Below are positions 1 through 9,880 of a stretch of DNA of 64,000 bases, one piece after another. This DNA comes from Candidatus Latescibacterota bacterium (GTDB lineage Bacteria; Latescibacterota; UBA2968; GCA-2709665). Location: assembly GCA_965219995.1 (NCBI GenBank), contig CBDCOX010000002.1, positions 4,960,001 to 5,024,000 on the forward strand, given 5' to 3'. Every line of letters begins with the position of its first letter. Position 1 is the stretch's first letter. The position numbers were made by a program, and so were the translations under genes. Below the pieces are notes generated by a model, which saw only the letters and a list, made by a program, of their open reading frames with translations, was not told the origin of the DNA and searched no databases.

Positions 1-252
1 CGGGCATTTACATCTTATTTTTGGAGACTTTGCTGGAAGGCCGTATCTTTAGGACCAGAGCCCCCGTTGTGTTTGCGAGAGGACTCCAGTGACAGCGTCA
101 TAGCCTGCAGGACCGGCGAATCCCCTGCGCCGGCGTCCCGGAAGCCGATTCGGAATCCCGGTACGCTCCCGATCCCGCGGACGGGTGTCGTTCAGGAGCG
201 GCCCACGCATACCTTCTCCCCCTGGACGCGACAAGACAAGGGTGGACCTTTT

Positions 253-2598
253 ATGAGAAAGGAAACGTACGAAGTCTTCGGCGAACAGGAAGACAAGCCG
301 GATCTGGTCAATCAGGTCTGCGGGGTTCTGCTGTTCGCGGTCGCGCTGTTGATGGCGGTAAGCCTGGTTACGCATTCCCCTCAGGATCCCCCGAATTCGG
401 GCCGTGCGCCGGAACTGACGGTGAATATGGCGGGGTGGATCGGCAGCCAGGTCTCCTACTATCTGCTGTTCGCGGTCGGCCATTGCGCGTACGTGCTGGT
501 CGTCATCGTCCTGATGTGGGGTTGGAACCGTTTCAGAGACCATCCCGCGCTGCCTCTGGTCTCCCGCAGTCTGGTGTTGCTGGCCCTGGTGGTGATTTAT
601 TGCGGCGCGACGGGTGTGCCTTCGCGAGGGGAGAGCCATCTTTCGTTCCTGATGGGCGGGTGGCTGGGCATTACCCTGGCGTCCAGGGTTCTGGTTCCCT
701 ATCTGGGTTTCGTCGGGTCGTATATTCTGTTGAGCGCCGTGTTTCTGGTGTTCTTCATGCTGCTGACCGGCCTTCGTTTTTCCCGGATTCCGGACTTGTG
801 GGCGGCGCGCGCAAAGAGAGACCGGACCGGAGCGAACGGCGAGGCCGCATCCCGCCTCCCGGAACCGGCGCAGCGCCGGGAAACGGAGCGGACGCAGCCC
901 GTCCTGCCGCCGCAGGAGGACGACCCCTGGAACGAGGCCGGTCCGGAACCCGTCGTCGTACCCGAAGAAACGGCCCCCGAACCGTTTCCCGTTTACGACG
1001 ACGATGCGGATGAACCGGAAGCGGAACCGGCGCCGTCTCTGGATCCCGACATCGTTGCAGACCCCGTGGAAATCGCCCCGGCGTCCCCGGCGAAACGGAA
1101 GTTGGATACGCCGGGAGGCGAAGACGTCGAGTACCGGCTGCCTGACCCGGAACTGCTGAACGAGCCCGCGCAAACGGAAGAGGGGCCCGACCGGTCGGAT
1201 CTGCTGGAAGGGGCGCAGACCCTCGAACACAGCCTCACCAGTTTCGGTATCGAAGGCAAGGTGGTTCAGGTGAATCCGGGTCCCGTCATCACCGGATACG
1301 AAGTGCAGCCGCCGCGCGGGGTGAAGGTGAACCGCATTGTCAATCTTTCGGACGACCTCGCGCTGGTGATGAAGGCGCGAAGTATCCGTATTCAGGCGCC
1401 GATTCCGGGCAAAGCGGCGGTGGGAATCGAGGTGCCGAACGCGAATCCTTCAACCGTCTTCCTGCGGGAGATTCTGGAATCCGACGCCTTTCAAGGCGCC
1501 GACGACGGGCTGATGCTGGCGCTGGGCAAGTCCGCCACCGGAGAATCGGTCTGCACCAGCCTGGCTTCCATGCCCCACCTGTTGATCGCAGGCGCGACCG
1601 GCAGCGGGAAGTCGGTATGCATCAACGTGCTGATCACCAGCATCCTCATGCGGTGCCGACCCGAAGAGGTCCGTTTCATCATGGTGGACCCGAAGATGCT
1701 GGAACTGTCGATCTACAACAGCATTCCACATCTGCTGGCGCCGGTGGTCACGGAACCTCAAAAGGCTTCCGAAGCGTTGCGGTGGACGGTGGCGGAGATG
1801 GAAGACCGCTATCGAAACCTGGCGCAGTACAACGTCCGGAACATCACGGACTTCAACGACAAACTGGAGAAGATGCGGGCGGAGGCGGAGACCGAAGAAG
1901 ACCGTGGTGAGGTTGCCGCGAAGTTGCCCTATATCGTGGTTGTGGTCGACGAACTCGCGGACCTGATGATGACGGCGCCGGCGGACATCGAGGATTCGCT
2001 GGCCCGGCTGGCGCAGATGGCCCGCGCTGTGGGTATCCATCTCATCCTGGCGACGCAGCGGCCGTCTGTCAACGTCATCACCGGAACCATCAAGGCGAAC
2101 TTCCCGTCGCGCATCGCGTTTCGCGTGGCATCGAAAGTGGATTCACGGACCATTCTGGACTGCAACGGCGCCGAGAAGCTTCTTGGCCGCGGCGATATGC
2201 TGTTCATGCCCGCGGGCAAACCGGAACCCGTGCGCGTTCACGGCGCGAATATGACAACCGAGGAGACCGAACGCCTGGTGGAATGGGTGAGCGGACAGGG
2301 CGTGGATCTGGAACAGCTCGATCTGGGCGTGGACGAAAACGAACTGATGCTTGCCGAGGGGACCCGCGACAAACGGTTCGACGAGGCGCTTCGCCTGGTC
2401 GTTACGCACCAGCAGGGTTCGGCCTCGCTGCTGCAGCGCCGGATGAAGGTGGGGTACGCCCGTGCCGCGCGTCTGGTCGATGAACTGGAGCAGGCCGGAA
2501 TCGTCGGGCCGTCGGACGGCAGCAGCAAGGGACGGGACGTGCTGGTGGACATCGAGTATCTGGACCGGCACGACGAGGACGATCCCGATGCGGGTTGA
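253..2598 (+). CDS. ftsK: DNA translocase FtsK/SpoIIIE
   Basis: N-terminal TM segments, acidic/Pro linker, Walker A GATGSGKS, LATQRPS motif, C-terminal gamma domain (SASLLQRRMKVGYARAARLVD). Start placed at ATG 253. Confidence 0.96.
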   Translation: MRKETYEVFGEQEDKPDLVNQVCGVLLFAVALLMAVSLVTHSPQDPPNSGRAPELTVNMAGWIGSQVSYYLLFAVGHCAYVLVVIVLMWGWNRFRDHPALPLVSRSLVLLALVVIYCGATGVPSRGESHLSFLMGGWLGITLASRVLVPYLGFVGSYILLSAVFLVFFMLLTGLRFSRIPDLWAARAKRDRTGANGEAASRLPEPAQRRETERTQPVLPPQEDDPWNEAGPEPVVVPEETAPEPFPVYDDDADEPEAEPAPSLDPDIVADPVEIAPASPAKRKLDTPGGEDVEYRLPDPELLNEPAQTEEGPDRSDLLEGAQTLEHSLTSFGIEGKVVQVNPGPVITGYEVQPPRGVKVNRIVNLSDDLALVMKARSIRIQAPIPGKAAVGIEVPNANPSTVFLREILESDAFQGADDGLMLALGKSATGESVCTSLASMPHLLIAGATGSGKSVCINVLITSILMRCRPEEVRFIMVDPKMLELSIYNSIPHLLAPVVTEPQKASEALRWTVAEMEDRYRNLAQYNVRNITDFNDKLEKMRAEAETEEDRGEVAAKLPYIVVVVDELADLMMTAPADIEDSLARLAQMARAVGIHLILATQRPSVNVITGTIKANFPSRIAFRVASKVDSRTILDCNGAEKLLGRGDMLFMPAGKPEPVRVHGANMTTEETERLVEWVSGQGVDLEQLDLGVDENELMLAEGTRDKRFDEALRLVVTHQQGSASLLQRRMKVGYARAARLVDELEQAGIVGPSDGSSKGRDVLVDIEYLDRHDEDDPDAG

Positions 2599-2687
2599 AT
2601 ACCGGATGTCGAACGGCGAAGGGCGGGCCCCGGCGGCCGAGTGCGCGCCGGGTGGTCAAGGCAGGCAGTGTACGCGAGGGAAGGCGC

Positions 2688-3347
2688 ATGACCGTCGGCT
2701 GGCTTAAATTTCTGTTTTTCGCGTGCGCGGTTCTGTCGCCCGAGGACGCGCGGGGCATGGACGGACGCGAGGTGATTCGCAGGCAACAGCAGCGATATGA
2801 GAAGCTTACGAGCATCAGCGCCCGGTTCAGGAAGAGCCACTTCTGGAAACTCGTGGACCAGAAGACGGAACTGGAAGGCAGCCTGTACGTCCGGAAACCG
2901 AACCAGTTTCGCTTCGAGTCGCGGGTTCAGACGGTGGTGTCCGATGGAGAGCGCGCATGGAACTACACGCCGGAGAACGAACAGGTACTGCTGAGCAGCT
3001 ACGAGCGGGCATCGGGCGACAGGAGTTATGAGAAGCTGCTCTTCGATCTCATTCTGCTTGGAGGGTACGAGGCGCGCTACGACGCGCGGCTTACCGGAGA
3101 GGAGCGCGTTGACGGCAGGCGCTGTTACCGCGTGGAATTGACGGCCCGGGAGGAAGAGAGTTATATCTCCCGTATCCGCCTGTGGATTGACAGAAAGCTC
3201 TGGCTGGTCCGCCGGGCGGAATACCTGAATCTGAACGACGATGTAACCACGTACGAAATCTCCCGATTGAAGGTGGACGGGAAGTTGAAACCGGATCTGT
3301 TCACATTCGTGCCGCCCGGCGGTGTCGAAGTGATCGATCTCAGATAA
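2688..3347 (+). CDS. lolA: Outer-membrane lipoprotein carrier LolA family
   Basis: Signal peptide, G-x-L-Y-V-R-K-P-N-Q-F-R, VSDG..W.Y.P motif, C-terminal F.F.PP.GVEVID; follows ftsK as is common. Confidence 0.85.
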   Translation: MTVGWLKFLFFACAVLSPEDARGMDGREVIRRQQQRYEKLTSISARFRKSHFWKLVDQKTELEGSLYVRKPNQFRFESRVQTVVSDGERAWNYTPENEQVLLSSYERASGDRSYEKLLFDLILLGGYEARYDARLTGEERVDGRRCYRVELTAREEESYISRIRLWIDRKLWLVRRAEYLNLNDDVTTYEISRLKVDGKLKPDLFTFVPPGGVEVIDLR

Positions 3348-3391
3348 ATCAGAGGTCGGACTCTGTTTGTCACTGAAAGGAGTTGTCGGTT

Positions 3392-4508
3392 ATGGCTGTC
3401 GATCTGCAGGTTACCGATTTGAAATCCGGGTTGGCCGAAAGCCGCGACCGGCTGGAAAATCTACGGAGGTTTCTTTGACCTGGAATCCCGGGAGGCCCGG
3501 ATCGCCGAACTCGAAAGGTCGATGGAGCGTCCGGGATTCTGGGACGATCGGGAACGCGCCAGGCAGACCATCGATGAAGTGAACCGCCACAAGGATTGGG
3601 CAAGCGGGTGGCGCGGGCTGGATGAGCGGCTCACGGAGCTGGAGGAGTTGTACGATCTTGCCCGTGAAGAGAAGGACGACGAGACGCTGCGGGACCTTCA
3701 CCGGGAACACGGGGCCCTGGGTGCGGCGCTTGGAGAGCTTGAATTCCGGCATATGATGGGCGATAAGGAGGATCGGCTGGATGCCATCCTCGCGATCCAT
3801 CCCGGCGCCGGCGGCACGGAATCGGCCGACTGGGCGCAGATGCTGATGAGGATGTACAGCCGTTGGGCCGAACGCCGCGGCTTCCGGGCGGACGTGCTGG
3901 ACCTCCTTCCGGGAGAGACGGCGGGCATCAAGAGCGTGGTCATCGAGATGAAGGGAGAATACGCGTACGGATACCTCAAATCCGAAATGGGGGTCCACCG
4001 GCTGGTCCGGCTTTCACCGTTCGATTCCGGCCGCAGGCGCCACACGTCCTTCGCGTCGGTCTCCGTGTATCCCGAGGCGGAGGGCGATATCGAGGTGGAA
4101 ATCCAGCCTGAGGACATCCGTGTGGATACGTACCGGTCCAGCGGGGCCGGCGGGCAGCACGTGAACAAGACCGACTCGGCCGTACGGATCACGCACCATC
4201 CTACGGGCATCGTTGTTCAGTGTCAGAATGAACGTTCGCAGCACAAGAACCGGAACTCCGCCATGAAAATCCTCAAAGCCAGGCTGTACCAGCACTACAG
4301 GGAGGAGGAAGAGAAGGCCAGGGCGGAGATCGAGAAGGACAAGAAGAAGATCGAGTTCGGAAGCCAGGTCCGCAACTACGTGCTCCATCCCTATCAGCTC
4401 GTCAAAGACCTCCGGACCGGGTTCGAGACATCGGGCGTTCAGGGCGTGATGGACGGGGATCTGGACGGCTTCATGCGGGCGTTTCTGGAACAGAAGGGAG
4501 AGGCGTAA
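3392..4508 (+). CDS. prfB: Peptide chain release factor 2, +1 programmed frameshift at CTT-TGA-C (3473-3479)
   Basis: ATG 3392 gives 28 codons (MAVDL...NLRRFL) then TGA 3476-3478; the +1 frame joins the ORF with SPF and GGQ motifs. Confidence 0.96.
3466..3479 (+). promoter_or_regulatory. prfB autoregulatory frameshift site (internal SD plus slippery CTT TGA C)
   Basis: Sequence CGGAGGTTTCTTTGAC matches the canonical RF2 recoding site. Confidence 0.93.
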
Positions 4509-4525
4509 CCTGCTGGGCAAAGGGC

Positions 4526-4554
4526 TTGACTTGCCCACATGTATTGATTATGTT
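4526..4554 (+). promoter_or_regulatory. Sigma70-type promoter upstream of lysS
   Basis: TTGACT (4526-4531), 17-bp spacer, TATGTT (4549-4554). Confidence 0.6.
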
Positions 4555-4612
4555 ATTTTGATTGGTTAATCCCGGCGCTGGTGGTGATTTTTTGATATCG
4601 GGAGGAATCCGT

Positions 4613-6157
4613 TTGGCTCAGGAAGGGGCGTCTTCCGCCCCGGAGACGCAACTGGTTGCCCAGCGTTTGCAGAAGCTGGCGTCGATACGGGAAATGGGCG
4701 TGGAGCCCTATCCGTATCGGTTCGAAGTGACCCATCGCTCCGGGGAGATAAGGGAGGCGTTTCAGACGCTCGAAGGGGACGGGCGGAACGTGTCGGTGGC
4801 GGGGCGGCTCATGGCCAGACGGGACCATGGCCGGTCGGCCTTTGCCGATCTCCTGGACGAAACGGGCAGGATTCAGATTTACGTAAGACGGGATGCGGTG
4901 GGCGAAGCGGCGTTCGATCTTTGGAAATTGCTCGATATTGGAGATTTCGTCGGCGTCGAGGGGCCGGTATTCCGGACCCGCACGGGCGAGATGACGGTGA
5001 AGGCGCAGGCTTTCGAAATGCTTTCCAAGGCCGTGCGGCCGTTGCCGGTGCCCAAGGAAGAGGTGATAGACGGCGAGAAGGTTGTCCACGATGCCTTCAG
5101 CGATCCTGAACTGCGATACCGCCGCCGTTACCTGGACCTGACGTTGAATCCGGAAGTGAAGGACGTGTTCCGGAAGCGGACGGCGACCTTTTCGGCCATT
5201 CGTGATTTTTTCGACGCGAGGGGTTTCCTGGAAGCCGACACGCCCGTTCTGCAGCCGCTGTACGGCGGCGCCTCTGCGCGGCCGTTTACAACGCATCACA
5301 ATGCGCTGGATATGAAGCTCTATCTGCGGATCTCGAACGAGCTCTATCTGAAGCGCCTGATTGTCGGCGGATTTGAAAGGGTCTACGAATTCAGCCGGGA
5401 TTTCCGTAACGAGGGCATCGATCGCACGCACAATCCCGAATTCACCATGCTGGAGGCCTACCAGGCATACGCCGACTACAACGATATGATGTCGCTGACC
5501 GAGTCGCTGTTTGCTTCGGTCGCCAGGTCGGTTACGGGCGCGAGCACGGTTGTCTATCAGGGAACGGAGATCGACCTCAGCCCTCCGTGGCGGCGGTTGA
5601 CCCTTCTGGATGCCATTGCGGAGTACGGCAACGTTCACGTGGCTGACGCGCCGGTTGAAGCGTTGAGGGAGGTTTGCCGAAGCCTCGGACTCGAGGTCGA
5701 TAACGCTGCGCAGCGCGGACATCTGATGGATGAGATTTTCGAGGCGGTCGTACAGCCGCACCTGATTCAACCCACGTTCATTACGGATTATCCCGTGGAA
5801 ATGTCGCCGCTGGCCAAGCGGCACCGGGAAAACCCGGAGCTGACGGAACGGTTCGAGCCGTTCATCTGCGGTTGGGAGGCGGCCAACGCGTTTTCCGAAC
5901 TCAACGATCCGATCGACCAGCGCAAGCGTTTCGAACACCAGGCCTCGCTGCGGGAGAGCGGGGATGAAGAGGCACAGGTTCTCGATGCCGATTTCCTGAG
6001 GGCAATGGAATATGGCATGCCGCCTACGGGCGGGATGGGCTTTGGCGTGGACCGGCTCGTGATGCTCCTCACCAATGCGCGTTCCATCCGGGACGTCATC
6101 CTCTTCCCTCACATGCGTCCCGAGGAAGGCCGTCCGGAGACAGACGGCGATGCGTAG
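4613..6157 (+). CDS. lysS: Lysine--tRNA ligase (class II)
   Basis: OB-fold anticodon domain, RYRRRYLDL, FRNEG..THNPEFTMLE, YGMPPTGG.G.G.DRL; TTG start with GGAGG SD. Confidence 0.97.
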   Translation: MAQEGASSAPETQLVAQRLQKLASIREMGVEPYPYRFEVTHRSGEIREAFQTLEGDGRNVSVAGRLMARRDHGRSAFADLLDETGRIQIYVRRDAVGEAAFDLWKLLDIGDFVGVEGPVFRTRTGEMTVKAQAFEMLSKAVRPLPVPKEEVIDGEKVVHDAFSDPELRYRRRYLDLTLNPEVKDVFRKRTATFSAIRDFFDARGFLEADTPVLQPLYGGASARPFTTHHNALDMKLYLRISNELYLKRLIVGGFERVYEFSRDFRNEGIDRTHNPEFTMLEAYQAYADYNDMMSLTESLFASVARSVTGASTVVYQGTEIDLSPPWRRLTLLDAIAEYGNVHVADAPVEALREVCRSLGLEVDNAAQRGHLMDEIFEAVVQPHLIQPTFITDYPVEMSPLAKRHRENPELTERFEPFICGWEAANAFSELNDPIDQRKRFEHQASLRESGDEEAQVLDADFLRAMEYGMPPTGGMGFGVDRLVMLLTNARSIRDVILFPHMRPEEGRPETDGDA

Positions 6158-6839
6158 CCTGCTGGAGGCTGCGGGCCTGGTGAAACGGTACCGGATCGGC
6201 CGTTCCGAAATACAGGTGCTCAGGGGTGTCGCCCTTTCCGTCGCGCAGGGCGAGGTGGTTGCGGTGATTGGCCCTTCCGGCGTCGGGAAGAGTACGTTGC
6301 TCCACATATTGGGCGGGCTGGACCGCCCCACCGGCGGAACGGTTCACGTCGATGGCAACGACGTCTTTGCGCTGTCGGATACGGAACGGGCGCGGTTCCG
6401 AAACGAGTCGGTAGGATTTGTCTTTCAGTTTCACCATCTGCTGAACGACTTTACGGCGGAAGAAAACGTAATGCTGCCCCTGATGATCCAGGGGCGGCCC
6501 GCTTCCGAAGCGCGGACCGCGGCCGGGAAACTGCTGAATGCCGTGGGGCTCTTCGAGCGCCGCGATCATCTGCCCTCGGAACTCTCCGGCGGAGAATCCC
6601 AGCGCGTGGCCGTTGCCAGGGCGCTGGTCGGGCGGCCGAAGCTGGTGCTGGCGGACGAGCCTTCGGGCAACCTCGACGCGGAACACAGCCGGGAATTGCA
6701 CGATCTGATCTGGCGGCTCGCCGGCAGCCTGAAACAGACCTTTGTCATCGCCACCCACGATCAGACGCTGGCCGCGAGGGCCGATCGGATCATTCGGATG
6801 GAAGACGGAAGAATCGTCGATGACGGACGCGGGGGCTGA
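6150..6839 (+). CDS. lolD: Lipoprotein-releasing ABC transporter ATP-binding protein
   Basis: GPSGVGKST, GFVFQFHHLL LolD motif, LSGGE, ADEPSGNLD. Confidence 0.88.
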   Translation: MRSLLEAAGLVKRYRIGRSEIQVLRGVALSVAQGEVVAVIGPSGVGKSTLLHILGGLDRPTGGTVHVDGNDVFALSDTERARFRNESVGFVFQFHHLLNDFTAEENVMLPLMIQGRPASEARTAAGKLLNAVGLFERRDHLPSELSGGESQRVAVARALVGRPKLVLADEPSGNLDAEHSRELHDLIWRLAGSLKQTFVIATHDQTLAARADRIIRMEDGRIVDDGRGG

Positions 6840-6920
6840 AGCCGGGGCTCGCGGACGGAAGCAGGCAGTCGAGAGGCGGCCCTGCGGCCATAGTTGAGGA
6901 TCCCAGAGGAGACATTTCCC

Positions 6921-9389
6921 ATGAACAGCAGGTTTTCGGATCGGGTGAAGCGAGTGATGCGACTGGTCCGTGAAGAGGCGGCCCGGCTGGGCAATAATCA
7001 CATCAGCAGCGAGCACCTGTTGCTTGGCATCATCCGGGAGGGAAAGGGATCGGCCGTTAACGTGATGTTGAATCTGGGATTGAACCTGGACAAGATCAAA
7101 CAGTCGATCGACGACTATGTCGCGTATTCCGGCGGGTCGATGACCATGGGCGACGTGCCCTTCACGCCGAGGGCAAAGCAGATTCTCGAAATCGCGGCCT
7201 CCGAAGCCAAAGAGATGAAGAGCCAGTACGTTCGAACCTGTCATCTGCTGGTGGCGCTCGTGAAGGACAAAGAGACGATTGCCGCCCAGATACTGGTGGG
7301 ATTTGGCGTCGACTACAAGACCGTGAAGGAGGAGGTGATTGCTGTTTTGCAGGGGAAACCGACGGGTAAACGCGAAAAGAAGAAGAGCAAGACCCCGTAT
7401 CTGGATCATTTCGGCCGCGACCTGACCGAACTGGCGCGCGAGGGCAAGCTGGATCCGGTCATTGGCAGGGAGCGGGAGATTGAACGGGTGTCTCAGGTGC
7501 TCAGCCGGCGCAAGAAGAACAACCCGGTGCTTATCGGAGAGCCGGGGGTGGGGAAAACGGCGATCGTCGAAGGCCTCGCCCAGCGCATCGTGGAACGCCG
7601 CGTGCCCCAGCTGCTGGCGGACAAACGCATGGTTACGCTGGATATGGGCGGCATGGTCGCGGGAACCAAGTACCGCGGTCAGTTCGAAGAGCGCATCAAG
7701 GCGGTCATGAACGAGCTCCAGCAGAGCCAGGAAGTCATTATCTTCATCGACGAGCTGCATACCATCGTGGGCGCCGGGAGCGCCGAGGGGACGCTGGACG
7801 CCTCCAACATGTTCAAGCCGGCGTTTTCGCGGGGCGAACTTCAGTGCATCGGCGCCACCACGCTGGACGAATACCGCAAATACATCGAAAAGGACGGCGC
7901 GCTGGAACGCCGGTTTCAGACCATCCTGGTCGATTCGCCGTCGGTGGACGACGCCATTGATATTCTCAATGGCCTGAAGGAGAAATTCGAGGCTCACCAT
8001 CTGGTAACGTATACGGAGGACGCGGTTGAGAACGCCGTTCGCATGGCCGACCGTTATATCAGCGACCGGCATCTGCCTGATAAGGCGATCGACGTAATCG
8101 ACGAAACCGGTTCCCGCGTACGACTCGGCCGGTTGAATCCGCCCGAAGAGATCAAGACGCTCGAACTCGAAATCGAGGACATTACGCGGCAGAAGAACGC
8201 GGCTGCGAACAGCCAGCAGTTCGAAGAGGCGGCCAAGCTCAGAGACCAGGAGCGGAAGTTGAAGGAACAGGTCGACGAGATGCGCCAGGAATGGGAGCAG
8301 AAGGTCCGCGACGAAGTGGTGGAGGTGACCGAGCAGGATATCGCGGAAGTGATTTCCAGCATGACGGGCATTCCCGCGTTCCGCCTGGCGCAGGAGGAAT
8401 CGGAGAAGCTGCTCCGCATGGGAGAGAAGGTGAAGAGCCGGGTGGTCGGCCAGGACGAAGCGGTCGATACGGTCTGCCGTTCCATCCGCCGGACGCGGGC
8501 GGGGCTGAAAGACCCGAATCGACCCATCGGCACGTTTCTCTTTCTGGGTCCCACGGGCGTGGGCAAGACCTATCTGGCGCAGGCGCTCGCCCGGTACCTG
8601 TTCGATGACGAGGAAGCGCTCATTACGGTGGATATGTCGGAGTATATGGAGAAGTTCGCGGTATCCCGGCTGATCGGAGCGCCGCCGGGATACGTTGGAT
8701 ACGACGAGGGCGGTCAGCTGACCGAAAAGGTGCGCAGAAAGCCCTATTCGGTGGTTCTGCTCGACGAGATTGAAAAAGCCCATCCTGACGTGTTCAACCT
8801 GCTCCTGCAGGTCCTGGACGAGGGGCGTCTGACCGACAGCTTCGGCCGGAAAGTCAATTTCAAGAATACAATATTGATCATGACGTCCAATCTCGGCACG
8901 CGCGACCTGGCCAACGCCGGAGGGCTCGGATTCAAACGGTCCGACAAGAAGAGCATCCGCGAAAAGATGGTGGAGCGCGTTGAGGAGGAACTCAAGAAAA
9001 CGTTCAATCCCGAGTTTTTGAACCGGCTCGACGAAATGGTGGTCTTCAATCCCCTCGAACGGAAAGAGATCATCCAGATTGTCGACCTCGAAATCGCGGA
9101 GATATTCGATCGCCTCAAAGAACGGGAGATCGGCATCAGCCTCACGCCGGGGGCCAAGGCGCTGCTGGCGGAAAAGGGGTACGACCCCACTTATGGCGCG
9201 CGTCAGCTGAAGCGCACCATTCAGAAGCTGGTGGAAGATCCCATGGCGGAAGAGATACTGCAGGGCACGTTCACCGCCGGGAGCGAGGTGCGCATCAGCA
9301 AGAAGGGTGACGGGCTCCAGTTTGTGGATGCCAACGCGGTTGCCGCGAACGCCGAACGGGAAGTGATGGACCGTGTTTCGGAGGAATGA
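6921..9389 (+). CDS. clpC: ATP-dependent Clp protease ATP-binding subunit ClpC
   Basis: Clp N-domain, two AAA+ modules ([16 protein letters not shown]), UVR-type coiled coil ([11 protein letters not shown]), GLGF ClpP-binding loop. Confidence 0.93.
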   Translation: MNSRFSDRVKRVMRLVREEAARLGNNHISSEHLLLGIIREGKGSAVNVMLNLGLNLDKIKQSIDDYVAYSGGSMTMGDVPFTPRAKQILEIAASEAKEMKSQYVRTCHLLVALVKDKETIAAQILVGFGVDYKTVKEEVIAVLQGKPTGKREKKKSKTPYLDHFGRDLTELAREGKLDPVIGREREIERVSQVLSRRKKNNPVLIGEPGVGKTAIVEGLAQRIVERRVPQLLADKRMVTLDMGGMVAGTKYRGQFEERIKAVMNELQQSQEVIIFIDELHTIVGAGSAEGTLDASNMFKPAFSRGELQCIGATTLDEYRKYIEKDGALERRFQTILVDSPSVDDAIDILNGLKEKFEAHHLVTYTEDAVENAVRMADRYISDRHLPDKAIDVIDETGSRVRLGRLNPPEEIKTLELEIEDITRQKNAAANSQQFEEAAKLRDQERKLKEQVDEMRQEWEQKVRDEVVEVTEQDIAEVISSMTGIPAFRLAQEESEKLLRMGEKVKSRVVGQDEAVDTVCRSIRRTRAGLKDPNRPIGTFLFLGPTGVGKTYLAQALARYLFDDEEALITVDMSEYMEKFAVSRLIGAPPGYVGYDEGGQLTEKVRRKPYSVVLLDEIEKAHPDVFNLLLQVLDEGRLTDSFGRKVNFKNTILIMTSNLGTRDLANAGGLGFKRSDKKSIREKMVERVEEELKKTFNPEFLNRLDEMVVFNPLERKEIIQIVDLEIAEIFDRLKEREIGISLTPGAKALLAEKGYDPTYGARQLKRTIQKLVEDPMAEEILQGTFTAGSEVRISKKGDGLQFVDANAVAANAEREVMDRVSEE

Positions 9390-9599
9390 AAGGGCGCCTG
9401 TCGCGTGGGCGTGTACTGTGATTTTCGCTCGTTTCACTGCGATCATGACCAATTGGGTCCGGACGTACGACCGGGCCCAATTTTGCGGTACGGAACAGTG
9501 GATATATTACAGAGAACACCCTGTACTCTAGATCCTCATACCCTCCTCTGGTGGGGCCTGGACGTCGCCCATTTGCCGCTCCAGGGTACAAATGGAAGC

Positions 9600-9822
9600 T
9601 GACGACTGCTCTCACTGACCACTGACCACTGCCTTTACGGGGCCGGGAGGTGAGGGCGCCTGAAATCGGTGAGACGGGAGACGGGAGACGGTAGAAGACG
9701 TCATTGCCTGACTGGATGTTCCTATATGCCTTTGGCAAGCAATGAAACCGCACGGCGCAATCATATCATCTCACGTCTAACGTCTACCCTCTCACCGCCT
9801 TTAACTGACCACTGACCACTGC
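9600..9822. repeat. Mosaic intergenic element (core inverted) bracketed by ACTGACC heptamer runs
   Basis: GGTGAGACGGGAGACGG... and ...CGTCTAACGTCTACCCTCTCACCGCC arms around the reverse-complement core; ACTGACCACTGACCACTGC at about 9614 and 9804. Confidence 0.8.
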
Positions 9823-9880
9823 TTATCGTGATGGCAGGAACTTTTGGGTTGACGGAGCGTTTGTTCGATGTGGGCCCGGG

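Noticed and set aside
6096-9452. 1118-aa minus-strand ORF and similar long antisense ORFs (4553-6331, 44260-45969, 59746-61545)
   Set aside because: Shadow frames of well-supported genes in high-GC DNA; no motifs of their own.
9450-9482. Palindrome AATTGGGTCCGG...CCGGGCCCAATT after clpC
   Set aside because: May be a terminator, but it is single-copy with a short U-tract, so it was not called.
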